From the NCBI RefSeq assembly GCF_000018105.1, contig NC_009925.1, forward strand, positions 4,680,001-4,712,000: a stretch of 32,000 nucleotides of DNA, written 5' to 3'. The notes beneath the pieces are model-generated. The model was given only the letters and a program-made list of their open reading frames with translations, was not told the origin of the DNA and did not search any database. This document shows, in pieces, positions 9,075 to 18,044 of the stretch (its first letter is position 1; each line of letters opens with the position of its first letter). This DNA is from Acaryochloris marina MBIC11017. GTDB taxonomy: Bacteria; Cyanobacteriota; Cyanobacteriia; Thermosynechococcales; Thermosynechococcaceae. The translations under genes were made by a program, and so were the position numbers.

Positions 9075-11551
9075 GCCTCATTCCATACCAACATTTCCGG
9101 GAAATTCCCAGAAATGGTAAACCCCACCCAATACCAAGGGTGACTAAACGGACAAACATCTTGACCTGACTCCTGGGCTGCGGCCTGGAGTTCAGCTTCA
9201 ATTCGTTCAAGGGTGTTTTTTTGTGAGCTGTCCAATTCTAATGTGTTGCCCAGGGTAATCCACCATTGAATCGCATGCCGGTAGGTGAGGTTGCGAAGCC
9301 AGTGCTGAGCCTGACGCAAGGCATGAACAGGATTGCCGTTTTGGTGCAATAGATGATGGACCTGGGTCATCAGCATGATTCGGGAACAGTGATTGACCTC
9401 CCACAAGCTGTTGAGCACATGCTGCACCCCTAATGAGAGCAGGCATGTTTCTAGATCTGGAATAGACCCTGGCAACGGTTTAAGGTTTTGGGGACCACCC
9501 GAGAGGCAAACCGTTGCATAGGATTGCCAATCCAATGCAAATAAGTCCTTTAGAGTCAATTGCTGGCCATTGGCTAGAACCCAAGCCGGTAAAGGGAGCG
9601 TTGAACGATTTGTAGCCGTCACTCCCGTAAAATGAATACTCCCTCCCGAGACCTTGAGCGCCGCCAAGACCGTCTTCTGAGTCAGCTGGAGTCCTCCCAA
9701 TTGAATATGCTGTCGGTAGGATCGAGCGATGGCCAGGGTCTCTAATTCTGTGAGGTTATTATCTTTCTCCTCATTAGAGCCTTGGGGCGGAACAATGGTT
9801 AATAGATGGTCTTGGGGGGAAGACTTTGCGGTCAGTAAATTGAGGCCAATATGCAAACTGGGGAGGAGCGTAATGCTAATCTCTTCTGGGAAAAGGGCCG
9901 CCATCGGTAGGTGACGCCATTGCTCAGGTCGCACAAGAATCAGTTCTTGAATACCGGATAATGCGTTTTGGCATAAAGCCTCAATGGCTAAAATCTCTTT
10001 CAGTTGGGTTAAGAGTTGGACCCCTTGCCCTTTCAACCAAAAATTAGCCCCCAACCCTAAAACTGAATCCGAATTTTTCTGGGACAGATGCTGGGCTTTA
10101 TCCCAGTTTTTTTGCCACAACTGCAGGCAAAAATGCTGATCGATCAGAGCAGTATCTAGATCCGTCAGGTGAGCCGATTCTGATTCCAAGGAGTGGGCAC
10201 AAAACAGCACAGGGTCTTGGTTGGATTTGAGAATAAAGGTATACAGGTGGGCGGGACTGAGATGCCAATAGAGAATGGCTCGCTGAGGATTGAGGAGGAG
10301 GGTAAGGTCCGTATATTGATGCTGAACTGGATCGTGATCAGGACCAGATTGCCAATATCCTAAGGTGCGATCTTTGCAGCGTTCTGCCCACAGAATCGCG
10401 TCTTTCAATTGATTCTGCTGGACCAGCCAGTCGACCTGCATCTGTTGAAAACCAGCAAATTGTTCTTCTAGCTTTCGATCCTGCTCAGGGGATAGATTGA
10501 CATCCCGCTTGATGGTTTGTAGCTTGATGGCACCTTCAAGAAGCATGGAGTGAACGGCAGCCGTTTCTTGCAAATGGAACCGCACTTGCAGTAGAGATTG
10601 CCAGATGGTTAAGTGATGCTGAGGAAAGGTTTGGAAATCCAGCAAATCTAGGGCTCTTAGATAGCTTAATTTTGCTGCTTTCCACATTTTGGTTGGCGAC
10701 GGATCTTGCCAAGCCTGTTGAGCTTGAAAATCCCCTTTGCGCTGATGAAGACTGCCACAGCCTAGGGCATAATCATCAGCATCACACCACAGGGCATCAA
10801 TACCTTGATTCCAAATCGCAATGCCAGCGTCTGCCCCCTGAAGATGAAGCATCGCCATCCCCAGATCGTCCCAAGCTTGCCACAATTGTTTATCGGTCCA
10901 GCGCAGGGCTTGCTCGTAGCTATGAATCGCGTCTTTGAAATTACCCAGCTGAATTAAAATGCTGGCCCGGTTATTCCAGGCTTGGTACAAATCGGGTTGA
11001 TGCTCTAGGGCTTGATCAAAACTTGCGATCGCATCCTCAGATCGCTGTAAATTGAATAAAACCAGCCCCCGTTGATACCAAGCCTGGGCATGGTTAGGCT
11101 TAAAGGCCAAGACTTTATCATAGGCGGCTAAGGCAGCATCAAAATCTTTGGCTTTGGTGCAAGCCAGGGCGCGTTTTTGCCAAAAGTCATAATCTTTACC
11201 AGAGATTGCGTCAGCGGTGGCAGGCGGTACGGCCTCTGTTTTGACTGGCATAGGCGGGGCTTCTGGCTTGCCCTCGGCTTTGGCTAATAAAGACTCTAAG
11301 GGAATCATTTTGAGTTTGGCCTCTGGGCTGCCAAAGAGGCGTTGAGCATTATGGTTCGCCGTGATTGCCTCCCCATAAAACCCTAATTTCTGCAGCACAT
11401 TGCCACATTGCAGCCAGGCATCTGCGTTCCTAGGGGTCAGAGCCAGACCTTGATGAATACAATTCAGGGCATCAATATACTGATTCTGTTGGAGATACGT
11501 TTTTGCCTGCTCCAGCCAAGTCAGGGAATCTGAGAAATCAGGGCTCGTCAT
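9071..11551 (-). CDS. TPR-repeat protein with a C-terminal CHAT (caspase-like) domain, apparently lacking the catalytic dyad
   Basis: 826 aa. The N-terminal 300 aa show repeated A..Y..AL...P....AW.n.g..L TPR signatures. The C-terminal 190 aa align to the CHAT consensus (..IHFTGVTA.., ..TVCLSGGPQ.., ..LNSLWEVNH.., ..SHPWYWVGFTISGN). Confidence 0.8.
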   Translation of the reverse strand: MTSPDFSDSLTWLEQAKTYLQQNQYIDALNCIHQGLALTPRNADAWLQCGNVLQKLGFYGEAITANHNAQRLFGSPEAKLKMIPLESLLAKAEGKPEAPPMPVKTEAVPPATADAISGKDYDFWQKRALACTKAKDFDAALAAYDKVLAFKPNHAQAWYQRGLVLFNLQRSEDAIASFDQALEHQPDLYQAWNNRASILIQLGNFKDAIHSYEQALRWTDKQLWQAWDDLGMAMLHLQGADAGIAIWNQGIDALWCDADDYALGCGSLHQRKGDFQAQQAWQDPSPTKMWKAAKLSYLRALDLLDFQTFPQHHLTIWQSLLQVRFHLQETAAVHSMLLEGAIKLQTIKRDVNLSPEQDRKLEEQFAGFQQMQVDWLVQQNQLKDAILWAERCKDRTLGYWQSGPDHDPVQHQYTDLTLLLNPQRAILYWHLSPAHLYTFILKSNQDPVLFCAHSLESESAHLTDLDTALIDQHFCLQLWQKNWDKAQHLSQKNSDSVLGLGANFWLKGQGVQLLTQLKEILAIEALCQNALSGIQELILVRPEQWRHLPMAALFPEEISITLLPSLHIGLNLLTAKSSPQDHLLTIVPPQGSNEEKDNNLTELETLAIARSYRQHIQLGGLQLTQKTVLAALKVSGGSIHFTGVTATNRSTLPLPAWVLANGQQLTLKDLFALDWQSYATVCLSGGPQNLKPLPGSIPDLETCLLSLGVQHVLNSLWEVNHCSRIMLMTQVHHLLHQNGNPVHALRQAQHWLRNLTYRHAIQWWITLGNTLELDSSQKNTLERIEAELQAAAQESGQDVCPFSHPWYWVGFTISGNFPEMLVWNEA
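11025..11032. repeat. HIP1 octamer GCGATCGC
   Basis: Exact match read in the sequence. Confidence 0.95.
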
Positions 11552-11618
11552 ACCAAATTTCTCCCTTACCTTGATACCCTGAAGGGGCAGTCAGCCTGCA
11601 GCGCTTTTTCGATGTCAT

Positions 11619-11647
11619 TGAACCAATCCTTGCTGAATTCAGTCTAA
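11619..11647 (+). promoter_or_regulatory. Candidate ECF-type (autoregulated) promoter: TGAACC-N17-GTCTAA
   Basis: TGAACC (11619-11624), a 17-nt spacer, then GTCTAA (11642-11647), about 50 nt upstream of the sigma-factor GTG. This resembles the generic ECF -35 'GAAC' / -10 'GTC/CGTC' architecture. It is a pattern match only. Confidence 0.3.
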
Positions 11648-11695
11648 AGGATAGAGAAGAGCTGCCGGTAATAAATTATTGAAAACAAGTTAAAG

Positions 11696-12259
11696 GTGAG
11701 TACCGAACAACTGTCAACCGACGATTCAGACCATGCCTTAATTCAAGGCTGTTTGCGGGGCAGTACCCAAAGTTTTCGGGTTCTGTATCGTCGCCATCAG
11801 GCCCGAGTGCGGTCCACCCTCATGTCTTTATGCGATCCAGAGGTGTTAGATGACCTCGTTCAGGATGTGTTTTTTCGAGTTTGGAAAGGATTACCCAAAA
11901 TGGAAGGTCGGGCCAAATTTACGACTTGGCTCTATCGCATTACTTGGAATGTGGCCGCAGATTATCGACGGTCAGCAGCCCAGAAGCGGACGCGTTGGCA
12001 AGCCCTGATCCATCAACTCCCCAGCCAGTCCACAGAGCCCAATTGGCAGCATCTTCACCATCAGGATTTGATTAAACGTGGCATGGGTCAACTGAGTTTT
12101 GAACATCGCAGTGTGATTGTGCTCCATGACTTACAAGATCTTCCCCAGCAAGAGATTGCCGAGATGTTTGAGATTCCCGTAGGCACCGTCAAGTCTCGTC
12201 TATACCACGCCAGAGCGGCCCTCCGAAAATTTTTGCAACATGAAGGGATTTCCCTATGA
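11696..12259 (+). CDS. ECF (group 4) RNA polymerase sigma-70 family factor
   Basis: 187 aa. Region 2 is DLVQDVFFRVWKGL...FTTWLYRITWNVAADYRR. Region 4 is LPQQEIAEMFEIPVGTVKSRLYHARAALRK. There is no region 1 or 3, which is typical of ECF sigmas. Confidence 0.9.
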   Translation: MSTEQLSTDDSDHALIQGCLRGSTQSFRVLYRRHQARVRSTLMSLCDPEVLDDLVQDVFFRVWKGLPKMEGRAKFTTWLYRITWNVAADYRRSAAQKRTRWQALIHQLPSQSTEPNWQHLHHQDLIKRGMGQLSFEHRSVIVLHDLQDLPQQEIAEMFEIPVGTVKSRLYHARAALRKFLQHEGISL

Positions 12260-12747
12260 ACCACCCTCCCGATCCTGATCTGAACGGATCTGATGCCCAT
12301 CAAGATTCATTCCCAGATGACGCTCCGTTGGTGAATTTTCTCCAGCGGTATCAACCAGATGTACCCGACGCATCCCCAGACTTGGAAGATAGGATTCTCC
12401 ATGCTGTTTTGGATGAAGTCACCCAATCCCCTTTAGGTCAAACATCAGGGGAGCAAGGGGGATGGAAGTTGTCCCGATGGGGGATTCCAACGGCGATTGC
12501 AGCCACCATCGCTCTGTTCTGGGGCGGATCACAACTTTGGCAAACAGCCCAACAACCTGTTCCACCCGATGGAGAGTTGGAAGCCTTTGTCGCCGAAAGC
12601 TGGTCGGGCGCCTTTGACCCCTTCAATGACGAGGACACCGATTTATTGACGGATCCCTGGGATTGGTGGGGGCAGCCGCCTTCCACATCCGTTATTGCTG
12701 AAGCCCAAACCGTTATGTGCAAGAGGTCCAGACCATGTCAAGAATAA
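12256..12747 (+). CDS. Putative anti-sigma factor (single-pass membrane protein)
   Basis: Its ATG overlaps the sigma-factor TGA (ATGA at 12256-12259). It has an acidic cytoplasmic N-terminus, one TM segment (WGIPTAIAATIALFWGG) and an extracytoplasmic tail. The assignment rests on position and topology only; there is no HxxxCxxC zinc motif. Confidence 0.5.
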   Translation: MNHPPDPDLNGSDAHQDSFPDDAPLVNFLQRYQPDVPDASPDLEDRILHAVLDEVTQSPLGQTSGEQGGWKLSRWGIPTAIAATIALFWGGSQLWQTAQQPVPPDGELEAFVAESWSGAFDPFNDEDTDLLTDPWDWWGQPPSTSVIAEAQTVMCKRSRPCQE

Positions 12748-13205
12748 CCAAAGGAGTTGTTATTTGCTTCGCCCTGATTGGAGTATGTTCCCTGGGGCAA
12801 TGGGTGGGAAATACCTTGCAGCCTAGTGTGGCTCAAGCCCCTGAGCGTCCGCAAAGACGACGGCCTGGACTCTTCCGAGACTTGCAGCTTTCGCGGCAAC
12901 AGCGTCGAGAGATTCGCGCGATTCGTCAAAAATATGGTCCCCAAACCCGAGAAAAGGCTCAGTTACTGCGACAAACCCGGAACGAGTTAAAAGCCATGAT
13001 TGCCGGGGAAGCTCCTGAAGCGGAAGTGCGTGCCCAATTTCAGTCCTTAGAGGCATTGACTCAGGAGACCTTGAACCTGCGGTTTGAGAATATGATGGCG
13101 ATTCGCAAAGTCCTCTCACCAGAGCAACGGCAGCGGTTAGAGCAAAAGCTAGCAGAGCGACGGCGGCAGCGACGGCAGCAGCGACGACTTAATCCTGAGG
13201 GCTAG
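12735..13205 (+). CDS. Periplasmic Spy/CpxP-like (LTXXQ-motif) protein
   Basis: The ATG at 12735 is preceded by AAGAGG. It has a signal peptide (VVICFALIGVCSLGQWVG), then a helical Arg/Gln/Glu-rich protein with two LTXXQ-like motifs (LSRQQRREI, LSPEQRQRL). The C-terminal RRRQRRQQRR tail is encoded by an imperfect CGACGGCnGCAG tandem. Confidence 0.6.
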   Translation: MSRITKGVVICFALIGVCSLGQWVGNTLQPSVAQAPERPQRRRPGLFRDLQLSRQQRREIRAIRQKYGPQTREKAQLLRQTRNELKAMIAGEAPEAEVRAQFQSLEALTQETLNLRFENMMAIRKVLSPEQRQRLEQKLAERRRQRRQQRRLNPEG

Positions 13206-13737
13206 CCTCGGGGCGCAGCACTTTGGTGATCTCTTGGACGACGGATTCGCAGACCGACTCAACGGACTGATCCGGCTTAAGCAAGATGTGAACATCGGCT
13301 TGTCGATAGAGGGGCCGCCGTTGAGTTAGCAATTCTTCTAAAACTTGTTGGGGATTTGGTTTTTGCAGCAAAGGCCGGGACTGGTCTGCCTGAAGGCGCT
13401 GCCATAGCTGTTCGGCTTCTACATCCAGCCAGATGACGAGGCCATGTTGCAAAAAGCTCCAGTTCTTTTTATCTAGAACAATTCCGCCGCCTGTGGCCAC
13501 CACGAGGTTGGTGTGAGCAGCCACTTCGGACAAGACTTTAGATTCAACTTGGCGAAAATGGTCTTCTCCCGATTCAGCAAAAATATCGGTAATCGCTTGC
13601 CCCGTGAGTTGGGTAATTAGGTCATCCGTATCAACAAAGCCGTAGCCTAGTTGTTTCGCTAAGGCCCGGCCTGTTGTCGATTTGCCACACCCCATCATGC
13701 CGACGAGGTAAAGATTGACCCCTTTAAGGTTGAGCAT
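13189..13737 (-). CDS. aroK: Shikimate kinase
   Basis: 182 aa, with the P-loop LVGMMGCGKSTTGRALA, then FVDTDDLI and ATGGGIV motifs. Confidence 0.9.
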   Translation of the reverse strand: MLNLKGVNLYLVGMMGCGKSTTGRALAKQLGYGFVDTDDLITQLTGQAITDIFAESGEDHFRQVESKVLSEVAAHTNLVVATGGGIVLDKKNWSFLQHGLVIWLDVEAEQLWQRLQADQSRPLLQKPNPQQVLEELLTQRRPLYRQADVHILLKPDQSVESVCESVVQEITKVLRPEASPQD

Positions 13738-13739
13738 TG

Positions 13740-14792
13740 CTAATCGCGCTTAGCTGCACGGTGATCTTTAAAGGACCGATAGGCTTTTTCAGAATCGTAG
13801 AGATGGCATTCTTCTGAAATTTCTTTCATCAAGGCCCAGTTGAATTCGCGCTCATACACGTACTGACCCCAATTGTCCTTCAGGCTTTGATGGGCCATGC
13901 GTAAATTGTAAGAAGGAATCGCGGTAGATACATGGTGAGGAATATGGACATTGATATCGTGGCAGAGAAACTCAACCCAACCTGGATATTTGCAGTGCAC
14001 TGAACCCACCAGCTGAGCTTCTGCAGCGTTCCAGACTTCTGTGGGTTGAAACGGAATATCGGAGGCGGTGTGGTGAACGATAGTGAAGGTGCTCATCCAG
14101 AAGTGGTAGACCATCCAAGGAATCAACCAGAACTTGACGAAGCCCCAAATGCCAGTGAAGTAGATCAGAGTCGGGAATGCGATCGCAGCGAACACTACCA
14201 CAACGCCGATAGAGAGCTTGACATCACCTTTATCTTTCTCATCAAAGGTGGTCCAGTTGAAGTGGAGATTGGCCCAATGAACAATGGAACCCACCCACCA
14301 AAAATAACCGCGAATCAGCTCATAAACCGTTCGAATTACCGGATCAAGGCTTTCATACTCAGCCCCATCAAAGGGCCGCCAGGCATTATCCACATCCAGC
14401 TCATTGGTATGGGTATGGTGGAAGTTGTGCAAAATCCGCCAGCAGTGAAAAGGATAGATCAGCGGCATCATAAATAGATGACCCACTACATCATTGACCC
14501 AGCGCTTCTTAGCAAAAGAGCGATGCCCGGCATCATGACCAATCACAAAGAAACCCGTTAGTGCTGTGCCCGTAAAGATCCAGGCTAGGGGCAGCAAATA
14601 CCAAGGAGAATTAACAATTGCGACATAACCTAGAGCCACCATCAGCACATTGATGATCGCCCCTGTCCAAGCCTTTACTGCATTTTGCTTAAAGCATTCC
14701 TTGGGCAGAGATTTGATAACATCTTGAAGGGTTATGTCCGGATCGGTGAGTGTCCGCAGTTGAGGGTCAGACTTGACAAGGGATGCAGTCAT
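13740..14792 (-). CDS. desA: Acyl-lipid delta-12 (omega-6) fatty acid desaturase
   Basis: 350 aa. The three His boxes are [18 protein letters not shown] and [10 protein letters not shown]. It is near-colinear with my memory of Synechocystis DesA (LPKECF..KAW, [13 protein letters not shown], [25 protein letters not shown], IPSYNLRxAH). Confidence 0.9.
   Translation of the reverse strand: MTASLVKSDPQLRTLTDPDITLQDVIKSLPKECFKQNAVKAWTGAIINVLMVALGYVAIVNSPWYLLPLAWIFTGTALTGFFVIGHDAGHRSFAKKRWVNDVVGHLFMMPLIYPFHCWRILHNFHHTHTNELDVDNAWRPFDGAEYESLDPVIRTVYELIRGYFWWVGSIVHWANLHFNWTTFDEKDKGDVKLSIGVVVVFAAIAFPTLIYFTGIWGFVKFWLIPWMVYHFWMSTFTIVHHTASDIPFQPTEVWNAAEAQLVGSVHCKYPGWVEFLCHDINVHIPHHVSTAIPSYNLRMAHQSLKDNWGQYVYEREFNWALMKEISEECHLYDSEKAYRSFKDHRAAKRD
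14179..14186. repeat. HIP1 octamer GCGATCGC
   Basis: Exact match read in the sequence. Confidence 0.95.
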
Positions 14793-15149
14793 AGCTGAAT
14801 TAGGAATCTCCTGAGCTGAAATACGTGATCAAGCACCCTATGGCAGGGGACCAAGCAGGGTGTAATGCTTCAAGCTTGGACGGTTAAATCCATAAGAGGC
14901 TATATTGCAAGGCATTTGAGGGTTGAATTAATCGCAAGATAAATCAATATTTCTCAAAAGCACTTTACACAACTAAACCTCTGTTTTTATAACATGATTT
15001 GGGGATCAATCGGTGTTTTTGTTAGGGGATTCCTAGGACGGCAACCCGTTTATAGACAGTGACTTTAGCGAACCCTTTCCTGAGTGAATTACCATAGGAA
15101 CGGTCTCCCTTTTAACCTCATCCAGCCTCTTACTTCGTTACATAACTTT

Positions 15150-16514
15150 ATGAGCTTAGATTCGCGCCGATACCACATCACTACCTATGGCTGTCAGATG
15201 AACAAAGCTGACTCTGAGCGGATGGCTGGGGTTTTGGAAAACATGGGCTACCAATGGTCCGAGAACCCAGATGACGCCAATCTGATTCTCTGCAATACCT
15301 GCACGATTCGAGACAATGCAGAGCATAAGGTCTATTCTTATCTGGGTCGGCAGGCGAAGCGCAAACATGCGCAACCAGATTTAACCCTAGTTGTTGCGGG
15401 CTGTGTGGCCCAACAAGAAGGAGATGCCTTGCTGCGCCGGGTGCCCGAACTTGATTTGGTTATGGGACCTCAACATGCCAATCGGTTGCAGGATTTATTA
15501 GAACAGGTGGCCAGCGGTCAACAGGTGTTGGCAACGGAGCCCATTCATATCGTTGAAGATATTACGAAGCCCCGTCGAGATAGTGCTGTCACTGCTTGGG
15601 TGAATGTGATTTATGGATGCAATGAACGCTGCACCTATTGCGTCGTTCCTAATGTGCGGGGAGTCGAACAATCCCGTACGCCAGAGGCGATTCGAGCCGA
15701 AATGGTGCAGCTCGGAGAACAAGGCTTCAAAGAGGTCACCCTCCTAGGACAGAATATCGACGCCTATGGTCGTGATCTACCCGGCACAACCTCAGAAGGG
15801 CGGCATCAGCATACCCTGACGGATCTCCTCTACTTTGTCCATGATGTGCCGGGTATTGAAAGAATTCGCTTTGCCACCAGCCATCCTCGCTACTTTACTG
15901 AGCGTTTGATTCAGGCTTGCTATGAGTTGCCCAAGGTTTGCGAACATTTCCACATTCCCTTTCAATCGGGGGATAACGATGTTCTCAAGGCCATGTCCCG
16001 AGGCTATACCCACGAGAAATACCGCCGCATCATTGATAATATTCGCGCGATCATGCCGGATGCCTCCATCAGTGCCGATGCAATTGTCGGCTTTCCGGGT
16101 GAAACTGAAGAGCAGTTTATGAACACCATGCAGTTGGTCGAAGATATTGAATTCGATTTGCTGAATACAGCCGCTTATTCTCCTCGCCCTGGGACACCTG
16201 CGGCCTTGTGGGATAACCAGCTTAGCGAAGAGGTTAAAGCCGATCGGCTGCAGCGATTAAATCGTTTAGTTGGGGTGTGTGCGGAGTTGAGATCGCAACG
16301 TTATGCCAACCGCATCGAAGAAGTCCTCGTCGAAGACCAAAATCCCAAAGATCCTACACAAGTCATGGGACGCACCCGCGGTAATCGTCTCACTTTCTTC
16401 CCTGGCAATATTGAGCAATTACGGGGAGAAATTATCGCCGTCAAAGTCACAGAAGTGCGCTCTTTCAGTCTGACCGGAGAACCACTATCATCTGTGGCAA
16501 CTGCCGTTCGCTAG
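15150..16514 (+). CDS. miaB: tRNA-i6A37 methylthiotransferase (radical SAM)
   Basis: The UPF0004 N-terminus is [12 protein letters not shown], the radical-SAM cluster motif is [12 protein letters not shown], and a C-terminal TRAM domain is present. ATG 15150 is preferred over the GTG at 15084 in the ORF track, because conserved sequence starts right after it. Confidence 0.9.
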   Translation: MSLDSRRYHITTYGCQMNKADSERMAGVLENMGYQWSENPDDANLILCNTCTIRDNAEHKVYSYLGRQAKRKHAQPDLTLVVAGCVAQQEGDALLRRVPELDLVMGPQHANRLQDLLEQVASGQQVLATEPIHIVEDITKPRRDSAVTAWVNVIYGCNERCTYCVVPNVRGVEQSRTPEAIRAEMVQLGEQGFKEVTLLGQNIDAYGRDLPGTTSEGRHQHTLTDLLYFVHDVPGIERIRFATSHPRYFTERLIQACYELPKVCEHFHIPFQSGDNDVLKAMSRGYTHEKYRRIIDNIRAIMPDASISADAIVGFPGETEEQFMNTMQLVEDIEFDLLNTAAYSPRPGTPAALWDNQLSEEVKADRLQRLNRLVGVCAELRSQRYANRIEEVLVEDQNPKDPTQVMGRTRGNRLTFFPGNIEQLRGEIIAVKVTEVRSFSLTGEPLSSVATAVR

Positions 16515-16547
16515 GTGAAGTCTGTCCCCTAGATCATAGCATTGGTT

Positions 16548-16721
16548 TTAATGCGCTAAAAACTCCTCAACTTTTTTGGCACTCAAGATTTTTCTGTGCT
16601 GCCTTAATGCTTCTGAGGCACGTCTAAACTCTTCATCTGTTAAGGGATCTACTCCTTCTTTTAGCCGGAGTTCAATATAGGCATATACTTCTTCGGCACC
16701 CATATTATTGAAGTTTTTCAT
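16548..16721 (-). CDS. Small helical hypothetical protein (51-61 aa depending on start)
   Basis: An ORF in a locally AT-rich spacer between miaB and dprA. Candidate starts are TTG 16733, ATG 16721 and ATG 16703. The predicted product is charged and helical (EEVYAYIELRLKEGVDPLTDEEFRRASEALRQHRKIL). I recognise no family. Confidence 0.35.
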   Translation of the reverse strand: MKNFNNMGAEEVYAYIELRLKEGVDPLTDEEFRRASEALRQHRKILSAKKVEEFLAH

Positions 16722-16785
16722 GAATTTCTTCAATGGAAAGTTTTATCGTTTAAATCCTCGCTCAGATCACATCTACTGCATAGTA

Positions 16786-17916
16786 TTAGGAATTGGGCGC
16801 ATATCTCATCCCTGGGAGTTGATTAACTAGCCCTTGTAACTCTAACTGCAAAATTTCACCCGATACTTCTCCTGCTGATAGTTCAACGGACTGAACGATC
16901 AAATCAAAAGGAACAGATCCATCTCCTGACTGCTGGCAAAGCTGACTCACTGTTTTTAGGATTTCTGCTTGTACAGATGGGAGGGTCGAAGGGATCTCTG
17001 AAATGCTCGGAGCAGGAGCTGATGACAAGGGCGGCATAGCTCCTAACTGGTCTAGCAACTGACCAATCCCTAAAATGAGTTGGGCACCTCGCTGTACCAA
17101 TCCTAAACAGCCCATTGCCCGCGGATTATCTAAAGAACCGGGTAGAACATAAATGTCGCGATTGTACTCATTAGCCTGATAAGCCGTAATTAAAGCCCCC
17201 GATTTCGTTGGAGCTTCCATCACCAATAACGCACGACATAGGCCCGCTACAATCCGATTACGACGGGGAAAATGGGCTCGATTAGGTTGTGTACCGGATG
17301 GGTACTCGCTCAAGAGCAAACCCTGTTGCTCAATTTTTTGATACAAGCCTTGGTTTCGGGGTGGGTAAATCATGTCTACCCCCGTCCCTAAAACGGCAAT
17401 CGTGCGTCCTCCACCCTCGATACACCCTAAATGAGCCTGGGTATCAATTCCTTCCGCCATCCCAGACACAACCGTAATTCCCCGCTTTGCTAGGGCATAG
17501 GCAATCTTTCTAGTCCACCGTTTGGCATATTCAGATGGATCTCGGGTTCCTACAATCCCCACCATTGGGGTACTTCCCTGATTTTCGGAAAGCTGCACTT
17601 GGCCTCGATAGTAGAGCAATGGTGGCGAATCCGCAATTTCCGTCAGCATGCGGGGATATGCCTGATCAGCCATGCACCAAAAACTGGGGTTCTTCTGTAT
17701 ATGCTGAGCTAACAGATCCGTCGGATTTGTTGATTGTCTATGCTTCTGAATGGTCTTCAGGGTTTGTGCCCCAATTCCCGTTACCGCTCCAAGGGTGCCG
17801 GAATCTGCCGACCACGCCGAGGATAAAGTGCCGAACCGTTGCTGCAAACGCTTGAGCACAACTGGACCGATACCTGGTATCAGAGACCAAGCCAACCAAT
17901 AGGGGCGTTCTTCCAC
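16786..17916 (-). CDS. dprA: DNA-processing/protecting protein DprA (Smf)
   Basis: 376 aa with a GTG start. It has an N-terminal SAM-like region (IPGIGPVVLKRLQQRFG), a Rossmann core (VGIVGTR..S.YA...T..IA..LA..GITVVSGMAEGID..AH) and a C-terminal winged-helix region. Confidence 0.9.
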   Translation of the reverse strand: MEERPYWLAWSLIPGIGPVVLKRLQQRFGTLSSAWSADSGTLGAVTGIGAQTLKTIQKHRQSTNPTDLLAQHIQKNPSFWCMADQAYPRMLTEIADSPPLLYYRGQVQLSENQGSTPMVGIVGTRDPSEYAKRWTRKIAYALAKRGITVVSGMAEGIDTQAHLGCIEGGGRTIAVLGTGVDMIYPPRNQGLYQKIEQQGLLLSEYPSGTQPNRAHFPRRNRIVAGLCRALLVMEAPTKSGALITAYQANEYNRDIYVLPGSLDNPRAMGCLGLVQRGAQLILGIGQLLDQLGAMPPLSSAPAPSISEIPSTLPSVQAEILKTVSQLCQQSGDGSVPFDLIVQSVELSAGEVSGEILQLELQGLVNQLPGMRYAPNS

Positions 17917-18044
17917 CTTCTCAGAAACTACCGATACTGTTTACGCACCTAAAATATCGCGTTTGTTCACCTAAAATAACGACTCTGATGGTGCACCAGA
18001 TCGCGAAGGCTGAGACCAAAGCAAAAAACCTCGGCTCTAAAATC

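Noticed and set aside
15084-15149. A 22-codon N-terminal extension of miaB from GTG 15084
   Set aside because: Conserved MiaB sequence ([11 protein letters not shown]) begins just after ATG 15150. The extension is unconserved-looking and starts with GTG.
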